Of a DNA stretch of 64,000 bases, positions 18,129 through 27,134 are shown in pieces. The translations under genes were made by a program, and so were the position numbers. The notes below the pieces were generated by a model. The model worked only from the letters and a program-made list of their open reading frames with translations, was not told where the DNA came from and did no database searches. Every line of letters starts with the position of its first letter. The first letter of the stretch is position 1. The stretch is from an uncultured bacterium (GTDB lineage: Bacteria; Muiribacteriota; CAYSPT01). Location: NCBI GenBank assembly GCA_964593455.1, contig CAZQHK010000001.1, positions 150,708 to 214,707 of the forward strand, in the 5' to 3' direction.

Positions 18129-19106
18129 TTGGATAAGACCCTGGAAGAGTGGATCGCTGATCTGTACGGTGATGGATGGGAGTACCGGTTTCTGGCCTGT
18201 AAAACCCTGGGGATGGAGAAAATCAAAGAAGCTGTCCCCCGGATCATCGAGTTACTGAACGATCAAAATCACAATGTGAGGCTTGGGGCAGCCAGGGCTC
18301 TCGGGGAAATAGGTGATAGGCAGGCGATTGATCCGTTGGTAACGGCCTTGGCCGAACCAAATGAATGGGTCAGGCTGCAAATCGTCGAGGCTCTTGGTAA
18401 ACTCGGGGATGGGAAGGTGGCGGTAGTGCTTTCCAGGTTCCTGGAAACCGAACAAGATGACCGGGTCCGGGCGACTATCGTTCAGGTTCTCGGTAAACTG
18501 GGTGACGAGAAGATGATACCGATACTGGTTACCTATCTCAAAGATTCCGATCTCCGGGTCCGGGCCAATGCCGTAGAAGCCCTTGAATCTCTCGGAGATG
18601 AAAAGATTACGGAGTTTCTCCTGCCCATGATGGCCGGAGCGAACCATCGAATCAAGGCTAACATCGCCAAAGCGCTTTTTAACCTGGGCGATTATACCGG
18701 CTTAAACATACTCAATAAGATGCTCAAGGAAAAAAACGAGTGGATGCGGGCCGCGGCCGCCTGGGCATTGGGGGAAGTCAAGACCACCGAGGTCATCAAA
18801 CCGCTGGTAGAAGCCCTGGGAGACAAATACTGGTTCGTGGACCGGAACATCATCAGATCTCTTGTTAAAACCGGAAAACCCACCGTCCGTCCTCTGCTTA
18901 ACAAGTTAAAGAAGAAGACACTCGATCACCGGGTGCGTCTGGGAATTATTGTTGCCCTGGGAGAGATCGGCGATGATAATGCTCTCGGCCCGCTCATCGT
19001 GAATATGCATAATTATAACGGTGAGATCAGGATCAAGGCCGAGGAAGCGATTGACAGAATTAGAGAAAACTCACGGAAAATGAGGGAGATGGAGAAACGA
19101 TATTGA
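18129..19106 (+). CDS. HEAT-repeat (PBS-lyase-type) protein
   Basis: 325 aa with about ten tandem ~31-aa repeats (xxVRxxAxxALGxIGDxxAIxPL). TTG start 9 nt after GGAGGA. Confidence 0.7.
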   Translation: MDKTLEEWIADLYGDGWEYRFLACKTLGMEKIKEAVPRIIELLNDQNHNVRLGAARALGEIGDRQAIDPLVTALAEPNEWVRLQIVEALGKLGDGKVAVVLSRFLETEQDDRVRATIVQVLGKLGDEKMIPILVTYLKDSDLRVRANAVEALESLGDEKITEFLLPMMAGANHRIKANIAKALFNLGDYTGLNILNKMLKEKNEWMRAAAAWALGEVKTTEVIKPLVEALGDKYWFVDRNIIRSLVKTGKPTVRPLLNKLKKKTLDHRVRLGIIVALGEIGDDNALGPLIVNMHNYNGEIRIKAEEAIDRIRENSRKMREMEKRY

Positions 19107-21298
19107 AGCGGATCCTGCTCCTTTGGATGTGCGGATTTATCCTGATTACAGGTCCGTGTATCCTGGCCGCCGCTCCCCCCGCTCCTACCACCACTTCGTA
19201 CCGGGATATCGAGACCGTCTACCGGCGGGCGGCTTTTCTGGTGATGGAAAAACGCTACCAGGAAGCCATCGAGATTTTTGAAGAGATTAATCAAATTAAC
19301 CCCTATATAGCCGAGATACACGGCAATCTTGGGTACCTCTACGAAACTGTAGGACAACCGGAATCAGCCATCTCTGAGTATCGGACTGCTTTGGATATAG
19401 ACCCCCAGTATTCTGATGCGCTCAACAACCTGGGATACCTGCTGGCCCGGCGTCAGGAGAACGTGACCGAAGCTTTGGAATTGTGCCGGCAGGCGGTTTT
19501 CCTGGACTCCGACAACCCGGCCTACCGGGACAGTTTAGGGTACGCACTGCTGGTCACCGGAGATATCTCTGAAGCCTTTATACAATTCGAGCGGGCTCTA
19601 TTTTATGACAAGACGACTGCTTCCGCCTACTACCATCTGGGGCTGATATATTACCGGCAACAAGAACTTGAAAAATCACGTCAGCAGTTTGTCAAAGCAG
19701 TAACGTACCGGGATTGCCCGGCCATGGCTTATCTCAGATTGGCACAAGTCCTGGTGGAGATGGGAAACCTCTCGGAAGCCATGGAGGTATTGGAGAAAGC
19801 CCGGTGGACGGTGGAGAAAGGTTGGCTTTCCCCATCTTCCAGGATGGAGCTTGAAGACCATCTGGAGTGTTTTTTGAGGATGGGACTTTGGCAGGGGCTG
19901 GTTGAGGTCGAACATGTGAGGAATCCACTTCTGGAACAGGATGCGAACTATCTGACACAGCTTCCATTAAGCAAATTTCCTCCCGACGCCAGGGTGTTCC
20001 TTGATCGGGAATCGAGGGAGAATTACCATATAAATCAGTCCGGCCTGATCATGTGCCGCAAGCACGGATACAATCCCATGGCGGCGGTATTGCGGGACAG
20101 GGTGCGAGCCCAGCTGGGTCCCTACCTGGAGAGAAAAGGACGGTTGCTGGCTCGCGTTCTCAATCTTGCCCTTACCAGGAAGGAAATCAAAGAACGGGGA
20201 GTGAAAACTTCCCCCGGACGGTTGGATTTATCCGCCTTAGAGCAGGCAGGTTATCTGCCGGCAGGTTTTGGGCGGGATTACATCTTCACCGTAGACGATG
20301 TAGGGGAGATCACGTTCACCATCACCGAGGGAGCACTGGCATCGGTTACCATTCCGCCTGGGATAGATATAACCACCATCGCTGAAGCGCAGGCTCAAGT
20401 CGGAGATTCTTCCCCGGCTACGCCTGAGGTAGTAGCGGACGGTTCTACTCCTTTTGACGATTTATCCTCTGAAGGAAACGATGAGGAAACCGGCTATCAG
20501 GAGGCTGATGAGCCGGCTGCAGATGGCGAAGACGAAACAATAACGGCCCCTCCGCCTCCACAACCGTCAATAGATTACATCCAGTTCATCCAGGCTCCCG
20601 GTCTTGTTCCCGTTAGCCCGTTGTTCACTGATGGTTGGGCGATCAGGCAAAAGATCACCGCTTCCGGCCAGGTAATGGAAAACTATTATGCCATTATTGG
20701 CGAGGAAGGCAGTTCCTGGCGTATTGAACATGTTGGACCCGCCCTGATCGGTATGTCCGCCAGTTTTCCTGACTTGAAAACCATGCTTATGGGGCTGTTG
20801 GTTGACAAGCAAAGCGGTAAGGTCTTAAGGGCGGTTTTGGGCAAACCGGGAGAGAAAGGAAAAAGTATCAAGATTTCGGTCATGCCTGATATGCCTGTTG
20901 CCGAACCTCCCGTACCACTCAATGAAGACGTAACTATTGGGCTCGGCATATTTCCGTCTAAAAAATATGTTACCACTTACGGTGCCTCGTGGACGGGGGT
21001 TGAAGGTGATCTGGAAGAAGTCTTGCTCAAGTCGGAATCTAGCGGACAGTCTTTTGAACTGGCCGAGCTGCCTTCCTGGGCAGACGCCGTGGTCAGCGAA
21101 GTCGATCTTTCTCTGTCGGTTCGTAAGTACACCAACGGTATGGAGTATCACATTGTGGAGAACGAAGTTATTGCCGCTTTCTATCCTCTGGGAAAAGCGG
21201 GAGAAACGAATCAGGGTATCTACAAGATGGTGACGGTTGCCTCCACGCAGGAGATCGTCCTGATCAAAACCGACACCAAGGCGCAGCTAAAGTGGTAG
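19103..21298 (+). CDS. Secreted tetratricopeptide-repeat protein with acidic linker and C-terminal domain of unknown function
   Basis: 731 aa with a signal peptide. TPR repeats (AEIHGNLGYLYE..., SDALNNLGYLLA...). A D/E-rich low-complexity region lies near residue 440. Start overlaps the HEAT gene stop. Confidence 0.7.
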   Translation: MKRILLLWMCGFILITGPCILAAAPPAPTTTSYRDIETVYRRAAFLVMEKRYQEAIEIFEEINQINPYIAEIHGNLGYLYETVGQPESAISEYRTALDIDPQYSDALNNLGYLLARRQENVTEALELCRQAVFLDSDNPAYRDSLGYALLVTGDISEAFIQFERALFYDKTTASAYYHLGLIYYRQQELEKSRQQFVKAVTYRDCPAMAYLRLAQVLVEMGNLSEAMEVLEKARWTVEKGWLSPSSRMELEDHLECFLRMGLWQGLVEVEHVRNPLLEQDANYLTQLPLSKFPPDARVFLDRESRENYHINQSGLIMCRKHGYNPMAAVLRDRVRAQLGPYLERKGRLLARVLNLALTRKEIKERGVKTSPGRLDLSALEQAGYLPAGFGRDYIFTVDDVGEITFTITEGALASVTIPPGIDITTIAEAQAQVGDSSPATPEVVADGSTPFDDLSSEGNDEETGYQEADEPAADGEDETITAPPPPQPSIDYIQFIQAPGLVPVSPLFTDGWAIRQKITASGQVMENYYAIIGEEGSSWRIEHVGPALIGMSASFPDLKTMLMGLLVDKQSGKVLRAVLGKPGEKGKSIKISVMPDMPVAEPPVPLNEDVTIGLGIFPSKKYVTTYGASWTGVEGDLEEVLLKSESSGQSFELAELPSWADAVVSEVDLSLSVRKYTNGMEYHIVENEVIAAFYPLGKAGETNQGIYKMVTVASTQEIVLIKTDTKAQLKW

Positions 21299-21331
21299 GG
21301 AATAATGGCGGTTTCAAATTCTTCGGTTTGC

Positions 21332-21952
21332 TTAACGTTTGGCGTCGGGATTCACGACTGCACCGCAATAAAGACATTTCTTAACCTGTAGGGAGGTCGA
21401 CCGGTTGCAGGATGGGCAGGTAGCCATGTCCACCATGTCTTCCAGTGGTTTCCCGATAGGAATATCCAGCAGTTTCGATATGGAGTTGACGAAATCCAGG
21501 GATTCCTCTTCCTGCGTGCCCATATAGTCGACCATACTGTCACCACCCCAGAACACCCCGCCCCATCCCGTGGCAACCGCTCCTTCACCTTTAAAGCTGC
21601 AAATTTTATATGTTTCTTCGTTCCTGGTAACCACGGACAATGTGAAAGTCTCAATCTCGTCCTGCCGCCCGTATCCTCTTCCCGAACGGCCCCAGGAGGT
21701 GCCCGTGGAATCGTACCCGTAGTCGATGTACCACAAGTTAGAGAATGAAAGGTGTTTGGTGTCGGAGAAAAACAATCTCCTGGTACCGATAGAGAGGTAT
21801 TTTTTAGACGGGAAGATCTCCACCCGGTGGTTGAAGGTGAAAAGCGTCAACAAACGAATCAGTGGTGCTGGTTGGATGATAATGGAGCTGGCGGTGGTTT
21901 TAACCGATGGACGCAGGGTTAACAATTTCATTTTGGGTGTGTACATACTCAT
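21332..21952 (-). CDS. Hypothetical protein with C-terminal zinc-ribbon (CPSC...CLYC)
   Basis: Start ATG 21952 lies 7 nt after a perfect AAAGGAGGTG. The 206-aa product has G/W-rich middle region. Co-directional with folC, 55 bp downstream of it. Confidence 0.45.
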   Translation of the reverse strand: MSMYTPKMKLLTLRPSVKTTASSIIIQPAPLIRLLTLFTFNHRVEIFPSKKYLSIGTRRLFFSDTKHLSFSNLWYIDYGYDSTGTSWGRSGRGYGRQDEIETFTLSVVTRNEETYKICSFKGEGAVATGWGGVFWGGDSMVDYMGTQEEESLDFVNSISKLLDIPIGKPLEDMVDMATCPSCNRSTSLQVKKCLYCGAVVNPDAKR

Positions 21953-22007
21953 GATGCTGCACCTCCTTTTATTATTTGACTCCAATTCCATCCAGATAGC
22001 CATTAAG

Positions 22008-23306
22008 CTAGGTTACTATCAGCGGGCGAAGGTTGCCGACCAGGTAGAGCGAACCGGTAATCAAGACAATGTCATCATTCGCCGCTTCCGACCGGGCCCG
22101 CTTAAAGGCTCGTCCATGTTCTTTCTCCACCGTGACGTTCTGGCAGCCGTGACGGCGAAAAACATCTGCCAGAAGGCTCGGTTCCGCTGCCCGGGATGTG
22201 TTTGGCCGGGTAACGATGACCTGGTGAATGTGTGGTGCCAGCAAACGGACTACATCCCGGTGTTTTTTGTCTTTTAAAGCGGCAAATACGCAATGGATGC
22301 GTTTTCCGAATATGAATGGCAGATCGTTCAAGGCACGGACCAGTGTTCTTATTCCATCGGGATTGTGGGCTCCATCAAGAATGAATGAAGGTTCTCCCGA
22401 AATGATTTCAAGGCGGCCAGGCCACCTGGCCGCTGCGAAACCCCGGCCGAGGGTTTCCGGATCAGTTATGCCCAGGTGGCGCAAGACGGCCAGAGCAACC
22501 AGTGCGTTCTTACCCTGATGGCGTCCGAGTAGCGGTGTCACCAGGTTGGCCAACTGGAAACCGGGGCCTTTGACATTAAACCGCATTCCGCCGGGAGCGA
22601 TCTCCCTGATAGAGATGCGGTACCGTTTGGCTACTGGGAACAGAGTGGCTTTCCTCCGGGCGCATTCATCTTCAAGCAGGCGGATGATCCTAGGTCTTGT
22701 TTCCCCGGTGAACAGGATGGAATTAGGGAGTACGACAGCCGCTTTCTCCAGGGCTATCGCTGATAGGTTTCGGCCAAGTATGCCGGTGTGTTCCAACCCG
22801 ACATTAGTCAAGACCGGTAGGGTGTTACTGAAAATATTGGTGCCGTCGAGGCGGCCTCCGAGTCCCGCTTCCACCACGGCAAAATCAACGGCCAGCTCCC
22901 TGAAAAGTTCGAGGCCCATGGCTACCAATGTTTCGAAATACGTAGGATGTCCGATAAACGGGTTGCGGTCAAGCGATTGCATGTCGGGGATAATCTTTTC
23001 CAACGTTGAAGCCAGTCTCTTCCTGGTAACCTTCTGTCCGTTGACCCTGAAACGCTCCCTGAAATCAGAAAGATGTGGTGATGTGAACATACCCACCCGG
23101 AAGCCCGCGGCCTGAAGCCCGGCAGCGATGAAAGCAGTGGTTGAACCTTTTCCATTGGTTCCCACAACATGAACTGTTCGGTAGGAGTCTTGGGGCCGCC
23201 GCCGTCGCTCCAGCAGGGCCGCAATTTTTTTTGTATCATATTTCTTGTACGCGAATTGTAAATTTTTCAAGTAAGACATTGCTTGTTCGTAATTCATAGC
23301 CAGCAT
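22008..23306 (-). CDS. folC: Bifunctional folylpolyglutamate synthase / dihydrofolate synthase
   Basis: Mur-ligase family P-loop (VVGTNGKGST). C-terminal Mur ligase domain. Start ATG 23306 is chosen by RBS (alternative GTG/ATG upstream to 23360). Confidence 0.85.
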   Translation of the reverse strand: MLAMNYEQAMSYLKNLQFAYKKYDTKKIAALLERRRRPQDSYRTVHVVGTNGKGSTTAFIAAGLQAAGFRVGMFTSPHLSDFRERFRVNGQKVTRKRLASTLEKIIPDMQSLDRNPFIGHPTYFETLVAMGLELFRELAVDFAVVEAGLGGRLDGTNIFSNTLPVLTNVGLEHTGILGRNLSAIALEKAAVVLPNSILFTGETRPRIIRLLEDECARRKATLFPVAKRYRISIREIAPGGMRFNVKGPGFQLANLVTPLLGRHQGKNALVALAVLRHLGITDPETLGRGFAAARWPGRLEIISGEPSFILDGAHNPDGIRTLVRALNDLPFIFGKRIHCVFAALKDKKHRDVVRLLAPHIHQVIVTRPNTSRAAEPSLLADVFRRHGCQNVTVEKEHGRAFKRARSEAANDDIVLITGSLYLVGNLRPLIVT

Positions 23307-23326
23307 TCTATACCATCTCCTACCTT

Positions 23327-23360
23327 TCTTTCTACTCTTCTTGCTTGAGGGTGGGACCAC
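23327..23360 (-). repeat. Leader motif copy (minus strand: gtggtcccaccctcaagcaagaagagtagaaag) immediately upstream of folC RBS
   Basis: The reverse complement of 23327-23360 reads gtggtcccaccctcaagcaagaagagtagaaagaaagg, followed by taggagatggtatagaATG (the folC start). Confidence 0.6.
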
Positions 23361-23593
23361 TCGGCTTACGCATCAGGCGAAGCCTTCCTGGCTTCGCCCC
23401 CTTCGGGCGTCACTTCGTGACGTCCAGTTTTGCTATCCTGCAAAACAGTACACCTCAATGTTCGCACTCACGTTTGGAAGGCAAAACCAGCCTTCGCCCG
23501 GGTTAAAATCTCAAATTTCTACGTTTTTTGCTTGAGTAAGTATCTGTTGGTAGAAACGGTGATGTTACTTATACTGGTGTTTGAGGTGCCGCG

Positions 23594-23770
23594 ATGCGTG
23601 TTATTTCTACCGAGGTAACCGATGACCGGGTGATGCTGATTGTTCAGGCTTCCGGACGTCGGCTAAAGTTCAGTATTTCCCTTGATGATGCCCGACGTCT
23701 TCACGCTATCAAAATAGATGCCAACCACTTTGATACACTCTACACTTCTGAAAAGGAACAGTCTGAGTAA
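23594..23770 (+). CDS. Small hypothetical ORF (58 aa) in repeat-rich intergenic gap
   Basis: ATG 23594 lies 5 nt after GAGGTG. The ORF (MRVISTEVTDDRVMLIVQASGRRLKFSISLDDARRLHAIKIDANHFDTLYTSEKEQSE) is not in the ORF track, probably because of a length cutoff. No family recognised. Confidence 0.25.
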   Translation: MRVISTEVTDDRVMLIVQASGRRLKFSISLDDARRLHAIKIDANHFDTLYTSEKEQSE

Positions 23771-23781
23771 CGCCGTCTCAT

Positions 23782-25419
23782 TTACCCTTTTATGGCGGCT
23801 CGTTTATCACGCCGATATGCACTCATTCTCAAATAGGACACAGCTGCCAGCGGTCCCAGGGTGATTCGGGTGGCCATCCTGGTTTGGGAAATGAGCAGGT
23901 CCATACCAAGCACGCCCTGTGTGTACCGGTAATACCAGAGTCCGGCAGCCAGAGTGATCAGTCCGAAAAGCAGACCGAGTTGCGCGATGGAAACGCGTTT
24001 TATCGGAACGGTTGAAGAAATATCATCAGGGTTGGAAGGCGGGACGGGAATCGAAAAAGGACCTCGTAATTTCTTGAGTGTGAAGATCCTGGCTTGATCG
24101 AGTAGAAAGGCTATCTTTCCCGGGTGGACAATTTCTACGATTATGAAAAAGACAAGGGTCCATGGGAGAGCGCTAAGTCCGGTCTCCCATGGTGATGCTC
24201 CATAGAGTTTAAGAACGGAAACAAGCTTTGGAAGCAGGGAGACCAGTGTCCAGATAGGAAAAGCCGGCAGGAAAAGAATGGAAGCAGGAAAATCATTCCA
24301 GAAGGCTTTGCTGGCAACTATCAGGTTTAGAATCGCGGCGGCCCATAGAACTACCAGGACGGAATTTAAAGCGGGACGGTTGTCACGTTTACGGGAAGAA
24401 GTGATAAGGAAAAACGGCACCATACTGAAAAGTAGCAGTGCCGGCCATACGGGTCCTACTATCGGCCCTGATATACAGCTGGTTGCGATGACTGCAACAA
24501 GCAGCAAACGTCGTGTCCGGGGTGTAGCACCGGTTTTAAACAGGAACAGGCTGACCAGCCACATAATCCCCAAATAAAGAATGGCTTCACCGATGATATC
24601 TACGCTTATCCGCTTGATAAGAAGAGGAGCAGTCACGGTTTGATCAGTGACTCCTGTTTTGGGTAGGGATCGTGCCAGGAACGCGGCCGCCTGCCCCAGT
24701 ATAATAGGGTCAAGGGTTTCTATAAAGTGATCGCTGAGCGGAGAAACCGATAGTATTGGATCATCTTTATCCTTGGAGCCGCCGAGAGAATCAGCTAATT
24801 CAAACACCTCGAGTGACATGGCTACCTCGTCCGGGAAAAATATTTCATCGTACATCCCAACCAAACCCATTATATTGGGCAGGCTCAGCTGGGCTCCAAA
24901 TTCTTCCTCCATCACCGTGACATCGGGAACCATGGTTCCGATAAGTGTTACGGCGCGGGCACCCTGAAAGGTGCTTCCAAGGTTAAAAGCAGGCTCTCCT
25001 CCATCGGAGTGTCCCACGGTTGCCCACGGTACAGGGGTGATATTGGTCTGAGAAGTACTGCCTGTTGGAATGAGATTTTTCATTACAACCAGAGCCTGGC
25101 CGAGGTGACCTTCCGGGCAGGACCAGACATCGTCGGTGAAATCCAGGGCTATGGCTTCCATCCCCAGGTGGGCCAGAGAGCATCCGAGAAAACGAAACGA
25201 CTCTCTGGTGGAATTAGTACCGTGAAGCAGCAGCACCCGGCCGGCGGGAACGGTGTTATCCTTTGATTTGTAGATCGTACAAACCAGGTCCCTCTTAATC
25301 TGATTGCTGGTATAGGGAAGGTTGACTGTTTCCAGTTGCACCCGCGTGGTCCTGGCGAGTGAGACCCCTATAGCGATTAAAAGTCCTGATCCCAAAAAAG
25401 GTAGCAGGAATGCAACCAT
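23782..25419 (-). CDS. Membrane protein: N-terminal alpha/beta-hydrolase-like domain fused to C-terminal polytopic membrane domain
   Basis: Start ATG 25419 is followed by a signal-anchor (MVAFLLPFLGSGLLIAIGV). HGTNST and GHSDGG (nucleophile-elbow-like) motifs are present. At least 8 hydrophobic helices lie in the C-terminal half. Alternative upstream starts reach 25530. Confidence 0.55.
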   Translation of the reverse strand: MVAFLLPFLGSGLLIAIGVSLARTTRVQLETVNLPYTSNQIKRDLVCTIYKSKDNTVPAGRVLLLHGTNSTRESFRFLGCSLAHLGMEAIALDFTDDVWSCPEGHLGQALVVMKNLIPTGSTSQTNITPVPWATVGHSDGGEPAFNLGSTFQGARAVTLIGTMVPDVTVMEEEFGAQLSLPNIMGLVGMYDEIFFPDEVAMSLEVFELADSLGGSKDKDDPILSVSPLSDHFIETLDPIILGQAAAFLARSLPKTGVTDQTVTAPLLIKRISVDIIGEAILYLGIMWLVSLFLFKTGATPRTRRLLLVAVIATSCISGPIVGPVWPALLLFSMVPFFLITSSRKRDNRPALNSVLVVLWAAAILNLIVASKAFWNDFPASILFLPAFPIWTLVSLLPKLVSVLKLYGASPWETGLSALPWTLVFFIIVEIVHPGKIAFLLDQARIFTLKKLRGPFSIPVPPSNPDDISSTVPIKRVSIAQLGLLFGLITLAAGLWYYRYTQGVLGMDLLISQTRMATRITLGPLAAVSYLRMSAYRRDKRAAIKG

Positions 25420-25702
25420 TGTAGATACTTTCCGGTTCGGAGGCGTTACCGGTTGTTTTTCCCTGGTATCGTTCACCTGAGCAATTGTACACGGCTCAAT
25501 TGGATGGGTCAAACTCATCCATCTTCTCACGGCCTTGAAGCATCATAGTAATAAAAGTGCTGCGGTTAGCCTATGGTGATTGGACTAAACAGAATACTTG
25601 CTTTTGCAACTATTTATATATTATACTTCTTATCTATAAACATCCCCCGGCTTCCTCTATAAGGTAGTGTCAGGAGGGATAAGTAACTCCGAGGAGAAGA
25701 CC

Positions 25703-26632
25703 GTGTCCACAGACACTCTTGTTGGAAAAAACATAGGCAAATACGAAATTCTAGCTCTGATTGGACGGGGCGCCGAATCGACTGTTTACCGTGCCCATCT
25801 AAGGAGCCTGCATATTCCAGTTGCTTTCAAAGTCCTGGAAGGCCGGAAGCGGCAGTTGGCCAAAACTCGTTTTGACCGGGAATCCCGTCTTGCCCTGGGA
25901 ATTCCCCGGCATGAAAACGTCGTGTACGTGTACGATGCCGGGCGTATCAACGGGATGCGTTTCATTGCCATGGAGCTGGTTGAAGGAGTGGACCTGGAAG
26001 AAGCGGTGGCCAGTGCCAGTATCTCCACCGAGGAAGAAATTATTGAAGCCTTAATTGCAGCGTGTAAAGGCCTTGAGTTTATTCACGAACACGGTATTAT
26101 CCATCGGGATATCAAACCGCATAACATCATCGTGGATAGAAACGGCAAAGTCAAAATCACGGATTTCGGAATAGCTGAAACGGAATCAACCGATCAGCTT
26201 ATCGAGCAGGGTCGTGGAGCCGGCACACCCCGTTACATGCCGCCGGAGGTTATCAAGGGGACCAGCAAGGTCGATGTCCGGGGAGATGTATACTCTCTGG
26301 GATTGGTACTGTATGAACTGCTTACCCGCACGACGTTCTTCTCCGCTCCGACCTACAAGGCGGTCCTCCGGAAAGTGATAGAAGAGGAACTTCCGCCGCC
26401 CCACAAAGTCGATAGAAAAATTTCAAAGCAGTTAAGTTCAGTTGTCATGAAATCGATTGATAAGGAACCGTCCCGCCGGTACCAGTCCGCCCACGCTTTC
26501 AGAATGGCCCTGGAAGTCATTTTAAAGAAAGAAAAAGGGGAGAAAGAGCGGGCGGCCTTCAGGCCCTATCTGGCGCTGTTGCTGGTGGTTTTGACAGCCG
26601 TATTGGCGCTGCTCGTCTTTTTTGCTATTTGA
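25703..26632 (+). CDS. Serine/threonine protein kinase with C-terminal transmembrane anchor
   Basis: GTG 25703 lies 6 nt after GAGGAG. Hanks kinase motifs: GRGAESTVY...AFK, HRDIKPHN, DFGIA, GTPRYMPPE. C-terminal hydrophobic helix. Confidence 0.85.
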   Translation: MSTDTLVGKNIGKYEILALIGRGAESTVYRAHLRSLHIPVAFKVLEGRKRQLAKTRFDRESRLALGIPRHENVVYVYDAGRINGMRFIAMELVEGVDLEEAVASASISTEEEIIEALIAACKGLEFIHEHGIIHRDIKPHNIIVDRNGKVKITDFGIAETESTDQLIEQGRGAGTPRYMPPEVIKGTSKVDVRGDVYSLGLVLYELLTRTTFFSAPTYKAVLRKVIEEELPPPHKVDRKISKQLSSVVMKSIDKEPSRRYQSAHAFRMALEVILKKEKGEKERAAFRPYLALLLVVLTAVLALLVFFAI

Positions 26633-26645
26633 CCGGTTGCGTGAG

Positions 26646-26963
26646 CTATTCCATTTCCGGCGGTGGAGACATCCTGGTGGTTGTATTGAAGGGAGCCAGG
26701 GGAACAATTACCGTGGCCACGGCGTACAAGATTACTCCCAAACCCCAGAGAAACCCGAGCAAAACCCAGATGATCCTGACAATAGAGCAATCGAGTTTCA
26801 GATAATCAGCCAGACCTCCGCAGACACCTGCCAGCATTTTATCGGTCCTGGATCGGTAGAGGCGCTTGGAAAGATCTATTCCGCCTGACAACCGGCTGTT
26901 ACAGAACCGGCATTTGATGGCTTCATCCTTTATATCTTCTGCACAGAAAGGGCATTTCTTCAT
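26646..26963 (-). CDS. PspC-domain membrane protein with N-terminal zinc-ribbon
   Basis: 105 aa. CPFC...CRFC zinc ribbon, then a PspC motif (DKMLAGVCGGLADYLKLD) and a TM helix. Confidence 0.7.
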   Translation of the reverse strand: MKKCPFCAEDIKDEAIKCRFCNSRLSGGIDLSKRLYRSRTDKMLAGVCGGLADYLKLDCSIVRIIWVLLGFLWGLGVILYAVATVIVPLAPFNTTTRMSPPPEME

Positions 26964-27073
26964 AGTTAAGTCACCTCCGACTTCATTCTAACTGTTTTTC
27001 AGGAAAGAAGTAAAGATGGAGATTAATAGTTGATTATAAGACATTATGCGACTGCCAATACCCCTTTGATTTG

Positions 27074-27082
27074 TGGTAGAAT
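27074..27082 (+). promoter_or_regulatory. Extended -10 promoter element (TGgTAGAAT) upstream of hflK
   Basis: TG at 27074-27075 and TAGAAT at 27077-27082. The -35 is weak. About 50 nt upstream of the hflK GTG. Confidence 0.35.
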
Positions 27083-27134
27083 GAACGCGTAATCGGGGGG
27101 AGAGACGTGCGTAGGAGGGAAAGGAGGAGTGAGC

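Noticed and set aside
18055-18258. Various short or antisense ORFs in the six-frame track (e.g. 18055-18258, 2025-2549, 12803-13630, 57772-58293, 58178-58738)
   Set aside because: They overlap well-supported genes on the other strand or in another frame. They lack RBSs and have low-complexity, GC-skewed, Arg/Ser/Pro-rich compositions typical of spurious antisense frames.
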